The notes below the pieces were generated by a model. That model saw only the letters and a list, made by a program, of their open reading frames with translations, had not been told where the DNA came from and ran no database searches. A stretch of DNA of 64,000 nucleotides from a virus: the IMG/VR virus record IMGVR_UViG_3300044639_001144; one strand, written 5' to 3'. Below, piece after piece: positions 58,534 through 64,000 of the stretch (within the stretch, counting starts at the first letter, position 1; every line of letters begins with the position of its first letter). Position numbers and translations under genes: made by a program.

Positions 58534-59207
58534 GCCACTAGAAATTCGTTCACCATGGGGAATATTGATTCAATTGCTTTTGCACAAGCTACTGCCACTT
58601 CCCTATGTTCTTTTTGTGTCTCTGGGCCACTACGCAGTTCTATGTAATGTAGCCATGATCGTAATGTGCCTTGCATGTATAATCTACTAAGGGTAAGTCC
58701 TTCTGGCAGTACAGCACGAGCTTGTTCTTTAGCGATACCTTGTTTAATAGCCCATTCATATGAACTTTGAGCAGAAGCGATAACTGATTCTTGTTTCCAA
58801 CGCCATTGTTCCATTAAATTTTGCTCAATTAAGTTATCTCCAGCAATTTCAATACTATTCTGGCGATTCTTTGTGTCTTGTAATCTTGGTTGTTTTAATT
58901 CCCACCCTAGATCAGCAACAGCATATCTTTGACTGAACTCTTGAAAACTAAAACTACGATGACGTAATATTTGTCGTGCGATATCACGAGTTACTTCAAT
59001 TTCTAAACAAGCACTAACCATCTCAAGAGGTGACCAGTGTTGATGCTTAATAAGATAGCGTATTAATTTTTCGCTTGTGTCTGTGTTGTTTTGATTAGCA
59101 GGATTGCTAACTCTAGCACAGTAAGCAACTAGTTCTTGAGCATTTACTATACCCTGTGCTTCTAGTTCCTTACTAGGCTGACTTGATGATACTAATGTTA
59201 CTTTCAA
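58530..59207 (-). CDS. thyX: Flavin-dependent thymidylate synthase
   Basis: HWSPLE, RQILRHRSFSFQEFSQRY and EQARAVLP signature motifs. Confidence 0.97.
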   Translation of the reverse strand: MKVTLVSSSQPSKELEAQGIVNAQELVAYCARVSNPANQNNTDTSEKLIRYLIKHQHWSPLEMVSACLEIEVTRDIARQILRHRSFSFQEFSQRYAVADLGWELKQPRLQDTKNRQNSIEIAGDNLIEQNLMEQWRWKQESVIASAQSSYEWAIKQGIAKEQARAVLPEGLTLSRLYMQGTLRSWLHYIELRSGPETQKEHREVAVACAKAIESIFPMVNEFLVA

Positions 59208-59506
59208 AGTTTTCCTAATAGTTTGTCTGTTTCAGGTTGTACTAACGCTGCAACACTTTTGATGTCAACTACAAATTCGACATCTTTGATCTCGGTATCA
59301 AGTTCGCTAAAAGTTCTAGCAACTATCAACTCAAGATCATCCATATTTAACCCTTGTTTCTTGAGTGTATGAATGTTGATTGTACGTTGTTTACCATTAG
59401 TTAATTTAAATACAATCTTTTTAATACACTCAAGCGGCACATCGGTTTTATTTACTTCTGCGACAATGATTTCCCACTGACTTAGTAAATCATCCGTTGG
59501 TTGCAT
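59204..59506 (-). CDS. Hypothetical protein
   Basis: 100-aa ORF coupled to thyX. Confidence 0.7.
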   Translation of the reverse strand: MQPTDDLLSQWEIIVAEVNKTDVPLECIKKIVFKLTNGKQRTINIHTLKKQGLNMDDLELIVARTFSELDTEIKDVEFVVDIKSVAALVQPETDKLLGKL

Positions 59507-60251
59507 CGCTCACCGTGGCTTCTGCTTTAGGTGGACGACCACGGCGCTTAGGCGCTTCTACTACAGGAGGTGTCCATGTGGCTTCTGCTGGATTAACCCC
59601 AGGAACCATACGTTCAGCATCCTTTTTCATGCGAGCGGCTTCGGCAATCATATTTGTTGCTTCAAGTTCCATACGTTTAGCCTGTGTTAACATGTTAGCA
59701 GCAATTGCTCGATCACTTAAAACACCATCAATTGGAGCAATAAGATTTTCTGTTGGTTCAATGTAACGATTTTGTGCTTCAGTTTGTTTGGCAAGTTGTT
59801 CATCCTTATAACGAGCTTCAGCAGCACGTTTAACAGATGGATCAACCATTCCACGAGAGGCTTCATTTTCTTCCATCTTCTTGCGAGCTTCTTCGCCTTT
59901 ATTCATCTCATTGACCATCTTATTCATTTCGTCTAGACGCATTTTAGCATTGCCGCCCGGAGTCATAAGAACGTCAGCGCAACGAATTTTCTTAATCATT
60001 CGTTCATTATGTAATGTTTCTAGAATTGGACGACCATCCGGAAGCAGTGAACGATGTAAGGCATCGGCCAAACAGTTTTCATTCTGCCCAACAGGGCTTT
60101 CTACCACACGTTGAATAGCATCTTGCCATGTGGCATTTAATACCTCAGGATAGATTACCAAACACATATGATCTTCATTTGGCACTTCTCTGTATAATAC
60201 CAAAACCTTACGGTCTCCGTGTTTCCCTACATGTTTAATCATTTGTGCCAT
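59490..60251 (-). CDS. Hypothetical protein with a coiled coil and a C-terminal AT-hook-like motif
   Basis: 253-aa ORF with AGGAG SD; PKRRGRPPK near the C-terminus. Confidence 0.7.
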   Translation of the reverse strand: MAQMIKHVGKHGDRKVLVLYREVPNEDHMCLVIYPEVLNATWQDAIQRVVESPVGQNENCLADALHRSLLPDGRPILETLHNERMIKKIRCADVLMTPGGNAKMRLDEMNKMVNEMNKGEEARKKMEENEASRGMVDPSVKRAAEARYKDEQLAKQTEAQNRYIEPTENLIAPIDGVLSDRAIAANMLTQAKRMELEATNMIAEAARMKKDAERMVPGVNPAEATWTPPVVEAPKRRGRPPKAEATVSDATNG

Positions 60252-60252
60252 T

Positions 60253-60471
60253 TTATACTCCTTGTGTATTATCGCTGAGTGGCTCAGCTGAGGCTTGCGC
60301 CTGTTGTACTACTGAATTAAGAAAAGTTGTCAGCTTGTCAAAGACAGCCCCGACTTGAGATAATTCTGCTCCCTGGAATGCTCCACGGGTAGCTGCTAAA
60401 TCAATGATGCTACGTAGAGCATCTAGATCTGCTACAGTAATTGGTTGTATAGGTTGAGTTGTGTTTTCCAT
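60253..60471 (-). CDS. Hypothetical protein
   Basis: 72-aa ORF with IIDLAATRGAFQGAE; TAAATA at 60477-60482 upstream. Confidence 0.7.
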   Translation of the reverse strand: MENTTQPIQPITVADLDALRSIIDLAATRGAFQGAELSQVGAVFDKLTTFLNSVVQQAQASAEPLSDNTQGV

Positions 60472-60507
60472 ACAACTATTTAATACACATTATAGCATAC
60501 TAAAAAT

Positions 60508-60533
60508 AAAATGCCCCTATTACGGGGCATTTT
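60508..60533. terminator. Rho-independent terminator after the VWA gene (bidirectional geometry)
   Basis: AAAATGCCCC-TATTAC-GGGGCATTTT stem-loop. Confidence 0.8.
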
Positions 60534-60551
60534 TGGTAATACTCGTATTGC

Positions 60552-61817
60552 TTATTCTTCGTCGTATGATGCCCACTCGCCATGTGTTGGCTCAAACGAA
60601 TCATTGCTATGAACAATCCAGACTGTATCGCAGTAATTCTCATCGCCGAATCCACTAAAGTATCCGTCTGTAAAAATAACTAAGCGTTTAGGCTCAATTT
60701 CGTTATCTTTAAAATATTTGAATACACAGTCTACATCAGTACCGCCGCCACCTTTAACTTCATAGTCACAGATAGTGTCAAGGTTGTCACTGTTATATTG
60801 TTGTGGATTATAAGCTTCTGTATCCCAAGTAATAATATGAATCTTGTATGCTGGGAACGAATCCATAATACCTTGTACTTCGGACAAGAATTCTTTAAGC
60901 ATTTTACCGCTAATAGAACCAGATGCGTCAATAGCAATACCAATATCAATCATAGGTTCTAATTTCATACCTGGCATAACAGCATCCATATCCCAACCTT
61001 TGCGGCCAGTACGCATCCAAGTAAAGTCTGACTTGATAGTAGACTCAAGTTGCATACGTAACAGTTCACGCCAGTTCATCTTTGGCTCTGTCATATCTTC
61101 AATCATGCGACGAACACCTGCTGGTAAATTACCAGCCTGATCTGACGCAGCAGCCGCAGCTAGTACAGCTTCTTTAATTTCATCGCGGATAGCGTCTTTC
61201 TCGGCTTGGGTCAACTTACGCGGGCCTTTGCCTTCTTCATCACCATCACCATCACCATCACCATCACCATCTAAGTGATCATCGAGCAATTGATCAATAA
61301 GATCTTGGAGGCTCTTTTTATCAGCGTTTTCTAATAGCAAATCGTAAACTTGTTCAGCACTCATGCCATCATATTTGGAATCATGTAAACAACCTACTGT
61401 GGTGATTTTTTCGCCTACACGATGTTTAACCAAGTCAGCATTTACGCAATAGTCAGCTGCAACGTTGAATAACTGACGATCACGGCTACCAGCACGACCC
61501 ATATGATCGTATACGCAATGTAATACTTCATGCCCAAATAGGAATTCAATTTCTTTCGGACGCAACATATTAATAAAGCGACTATTGTAATAAAAGTGAC
61601 GCCCATCAGTGGCAGCAGTAGACAGCCACTCGTCTGCATTTATTAATTTAAGACGTGTGGCTAAGTTGCCGAAAAAGCTGGCACGTAGCAATAAACCTAC
61701 ACGGGCTGTGATAAGTTTCTCACGAACGATAGCGTCAATTTTAGGATCCATTGGACCTAAGATGTCTTTAAGGCTTTCGCCTTGTTTTTTGTTTGCACTA
61801 GTACCGGCAGAAGCCAT
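60552..61817 (-). CDS. Metallopeptidase-like (HExxH) plus VWA domain protein (DUF2201 type)
   Basis: TAATDG, HEVLH, MIDAS DASGS, GGGGT and FTDG. Likely start MASAG at 61817 with TAAGGA SD. Confidence 0.85.
   Translation of the reverse strand: MASAGTSANKKQGESLKDILGPMDPKIDAIVREKLITARVGLLLRASFFGNLATRLKLINADEWLSTAATDGRHFYYNSRFINMLRPKEIEFLFGHEVLHCVYDHMGRAGSRDRQLFNVAADYCVNADLVKHRVGEKITTVGCLHDSKYDGMSAEQVYDLLLENADKKSLQDLIDQLLDDHLDGDGDGDGDGDEEGKGPRKLTQAEKDAIRDEIKEAVLAAAAASDQAGNLPAGVRRMIEDMTEPKMNWRELLRMQLESTIKSDFTWMRTGRKGWDMDAVMPGMKLEPMIDIGIAIDASGSISGKMLKEFLSEVQGIMDSFPAYKIHIITWDTEAYNPQQYNSDNLDTICDYEVKGGGGTDVDCVFKYFKDNEIEPKRLVIFTDGYFSGFGDENYCDTVWIVHSNDSFEPTHGEWASYDEE
61238..61271. repeat. (CATCAC)5.7 microsatellite encoding a DG-repeat linker
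   Basis: Directly visible; translates to DGDGDGDGDGD. Confidence 0.9.
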
Positions 61818-61847
61818 AGTATAATCCTTAGTTGTTAATGTGTAACT

Positions 61848-61876
61848 ATTATAGTAACACATGAATTAATTGTCAA
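61848..61876 (-). promoter_or_regulatory. Consensus sigma70 (early) promoter TTGACA-17-TATAAT
   Basis: tgtcaa at 61871-61876 and attata at 61848-61853. Confidence 0.8.
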
Positions 61877-62160
61877 GTATTAAATTTCAGTTTAAAAAAT
61901 ATTAATGCTTTGTCGTTTTTTAGATATATTCGTCTGCGTTTAAATTGGCTATCCCATGCCCAGTACTCGCTGCGGCTTGGCAGCACAAATTCTGTTGATG
62001 GTCCCCATGTTTCCCAACACCAGTTACGAACATTGACAAACTGTTGATCATATACAGTACTGGTATATGTATATGCTGCATGCCAAATAGGAGCCACTGA
62101 ATATTGGTAAAATAAGTGTCCATTATGTCGTTTGTTTAACTTAGTTATTCTATAATCCAT
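61873..62160 (-). CDS. Short hypothetical protein, FxLK family
   Basis: VRNWCWETWG and terminal IYLKNDKALIFFKLKF. Confidence 0.7.
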   Translation of the reverse strand: MDYRITKLNKRHNGHLFYQYSVAPIWHAAYTYTSTVYDQQFVNVRNWCWETWGPSTEFVLPSRSEYWAWDSQFKRRRIYLKNDKALIFFKLKFNT

Positions 62161-62167
62161 TCAGTTA

Positions 62168-62443
62168 CTAACCAAGATTTAAATATTTTAGCACAAACCA
62201 CGAATGTGCTGATTCGTTAAAAAAATCAAGATGAACTTCTCTACCGGAAGAAAAGAAAGAATCAGTTGTGTCGAAAGATATTGGCACTCTATGATCCCTA
62301 ACAGTAAACCCAAGTTCTCTTTTAAGACGCCATGATATCGCAACTGTGGCTACTCCGAAATCTTGTTTGATTTTCTCTTTGATACAATCCCAATCATCGG
62401 TATTTTGAAAGATAACTAGATTGTGTTTAACTTTAATTTTCAT
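62168..62443 (-). CDS. Short hypothetical protein, FxLK family
   Basis: Terminal LDFFNESAHSWFVLKY. Confidence 0.7.
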   Translation of the reverse strand: MKIKVKHNLVIFQNTDDWDCIKEKIKQDFGVATVAISWRLKRELGFTVRDHRVPISFDTTDSFFSSGREVHLDFFNESAHSWFVLKYLNLG

Positions 62444-62714
62444 GTTTGCTATGTTTTAATAAAAATATAAGATGCTTTTGTTCGTCTAAAATGGTGTACG
62501 TTGGTAGAGTATAGCCTTCAGAATCCGATTCCATAGCTACCCCATACACCTCACGCATGTATTTTTTGAAGCCACGTAAAATAGGTCCATCTGGACTATA
62601 TGCATTCAGAACATGGTATTCATTCTTGGCAGATTTTAACCGTAGCCAATAAGCATTTCTACCGGCTACAGTATCTAATCTTGCTTCTGCGGAGTTATAG
62701 AAATCATCGTTCAC
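62433..62714 (-). CDS. Short hypothetical protein, FxLK family
   Basis: Terminal YTILDEQKHLIFLLKH. Confidence 0.7.
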   Translation of the reverse strand: MNDDFYNSAEARLDTVAGRNAYWLRLKSAKNEYHVLNAYSPDGPILRGFKKYMREVYGVAMESDSEGYTLPTYTILDEQKHLIFLLKHSKHEN

Positions 62715-62950
62715 ATTATACCAAATTTTAATGAGTACATCATGTAAGCAGTCTCGTCCATAAAAATTTTATCCATTAATATGTTCCAGCCTTTGCCTGA
62801 TACCAAATTAGCTTCGGGCCCTCCGTAACTTTCTATTAGCCAATCATGAACGTCTTGGCTATAGCGAATCCGATATACAGAAGTGTCAATCCATTCTTTG
62901 GCATCATGATTATACCATTTCTTTGTAACACGGATAATATCTAAATTCAT
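62711..62950 (-). CDS. Short hypothetical protein, FxLK family
   Basis: VHDWLIESYG and terminal MDETAYMMYSLKF. Confidence 0.7.
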   Translation of the reverse strand: MNLDIIRVTKKWYNHDAKEWIDTSVYRIRYSQDVHDWLIESYGGPEANLVSGKGWNILMDKIFMDETAYMMYSLKFGIM

Positions 62951-63333
62951 ATCTTACCGTCTTTTTCCCAAGGAAATGGTCTCCAGCCTAACCGAGCAAA
63001 ATCAGCTAACACCTCTTCTGTAACTTCACCTTCTGGCATGAATCCGTACCTTACATCGGTTTCATCTAAATCATCACCAATGATGCCAGAGCAGTAGTAG
63101 TCCATGTAATCTTCATTGCCATTCCTAAGATCAGCCACCATACCACCAGCGCCACGCCAAGTAGTACTCCAGTACTCGTCCTTAAGTACACTCCATGCTT
63201 CTTGTGGTTGCCAGCGCATGTTACATATAGCTGCGTACACATTCTGTGCGTAGGTATCATTTTGTAATTTAGCCATTATAATGGCGTCATTTTTTATATC
63301 TTCTTCTAAATCACGATCCATTACGGTCCCCAT
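62947..63333 (-). CDS. Hypothetical phage protein
   Basis: YAQNVYAAICN, WRGAGGMVADLR and DYMDYYCSG; coupled to its neighbours. Confidence 0.7.
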   Translation of the reverse strand: MGTVMDRDLEEDIKNDAIIMAKLQNDTYAQNVYAAICNMRWQPQEAWSVLKDEYWSTTWRGAGGMVADLRNGNEDYMDYYCSGIIGDDLDETDVRYGFMPEGEVTEEVLADFARLGWRPFPWEKDGKI

Positions 63334-63557
63334 CTCATTAAAAAGTTTATACGGTCAAAGTCATTATCAAATTTTAACACCATTCCCTCTAGGTGGTCAA
63401 TGCCTCGTGGTAAAATTTCTGTCATCCAGTTTAATACTTCACGCTCATTATCAATCCACCAATTTACATCTATAATTAGTAGACATAAGCTGCCATCCAC
63501 GAGTCCTGGTAACAGTTGAAATTTCTTTTGGCCTAGGTTAGCTTTTTGAGTTACCAT
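63321..63557 (-). CDS. Short hypothetical protein, FxLK family
   Basis: VLNWM and terminal LKFDNDFDRINFLMRW. Confidence 0.7.
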   Translation of the reverse strand: MVTQKANLGQKKFQLLPGLVDGSLCLLIIDVNWWIDNEREVLNWMTEILPRGIDHLEGMVLKFDNDFDRINFLMRWGP

Positions 63558-63856
63558 TTTATTCCATGTACATAGTGTTCACCAAACTTCAACTTGAACC
63601 AGGCAAATTCTTCATCACCAAGTAAGTATATCAAATAACGTTTGTACACCAATTTGTAACCCCATTTTGCTCGACCATTATTGTTAATTATGTCATCATC
63701 AACAACAAATTTATGACCTTCTCCGTAAGTTTTGGTTAGCCAAACTCTTACTTCATGAAAATCCAGCATAGATGGAATCTCAATACAATAGTTAAATCCA
63801 AACGCTGCTTTAACATTATCAGAAATAGCTAGTGTTTCATATCGTACTATTCTCAT
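63551..63856 (-). CDS. Short hypothetical protein, FxLK family
   Basis: VRVWLTKTYG and IYLLGDEEFAWFKLKF. Confidence 0.7.
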   Translation of the reverse strand: MRIVRYETLAISDNVKAAFGFNYCIEIPSMLDFHEVRVWLTKTYGEGHKFVVDDDIINNNGRAKWGYKLVYKRYLIYLLGDEEFAWFKLKFGEHYVHGIKW

Positions 63857-64000
63857 AACTCAATTTTGTTAGCGTTATTAATACTTACATTAGTTTCTGC
63901 GGGAAGGAATATCCAGTTGTCATGTGTATGGGTGTATGCCACATAATCTAAATTCTTAAAGATCTGTTTTACTTTATCGGTATCTGTCTTATACATTTCT
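63853..64000 (-). CDS. 3' end of a gene entering from the right edge (...EMYKTDTDKVKQIFKNLDY...NWIFLP...KIEL); possibly an FkbM-like methyltransferase tail
   Basis: Open frame ending at TGA 63853-63855 with an ATGA overlap. The product guess is weak. Confidence 0.45.
   Translation of the reverse strand, partial: EMYKTDTDKVKQIFKNLDYVAYTHTHDNWIFLPAETNVSINNANKIEL

Noticed and set aside
61238-61271. CATCAC repeat as a phase-variation locus
   Set aside because: The unit is a multiple of 3 and encodes an ordinary acidic linker of DUF2201-type proteins.
1-64000. CRISPR array, tRNA genes, IS elements, stop-codon reassignment
   Set aside because: No spaced direct repeats, cloverleafs or transposases were seen. 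Genes are full-length with very high coding density under the standard code.

Overview
This is a 64-kb segment of a large, AT-rich T4-like myovirus genome. The assignment rests on recognisable gp26/gp51-like, gp46/gp47, gp55 late sigma, gp53, gp5, gp25, gp6 and ThyX genes, in the standard genetic code. The left part (1-36 kb) holds baseplate and tail genes, including a 5,101-aa virion protein, plus the recombination nuclease and late sigma factor. The middle part (36-58 kb) is a dense cassette of about 25 tailoring-type enzymes: 5 radical SAM proteins, 4 glycosyltransferase-like proteins, 3 SGNH-like paralogs, 2 Asp/Asn beta-hydroxylase-like and 1 TauD-like oxygenase, a membrane desaturase, a PP-loop ATPase, GNAT-like, methyltransferase-like and isochorismatase-like proteins, and an NDP-sugar epimerase. 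Many sit behind T4-type late promoter boxes. The right part (58-64 kb) holds ThyX, a metallopeptidase-VWA gene and an array of short paralogs ending in F-x-L-[KR]-[FWY]. The most notable observations are four. (1) A ~500-nt GC-enriched, ORF-free, hairpin-rich minus-strand RNA lies directly behind a small GIY-YIG nuclease gene. (2) The late-expressed enzyme cassette may decorate the virion. (3) A T-TTT-TTC -1 frameshift site would fuse the gp26-like and gp51-like ORFs. (4) Promoter boxes sit 4-7 nt from start codons, implying leaderless mRNAs. All product calls come from motif recognition by eye; no searches were run.
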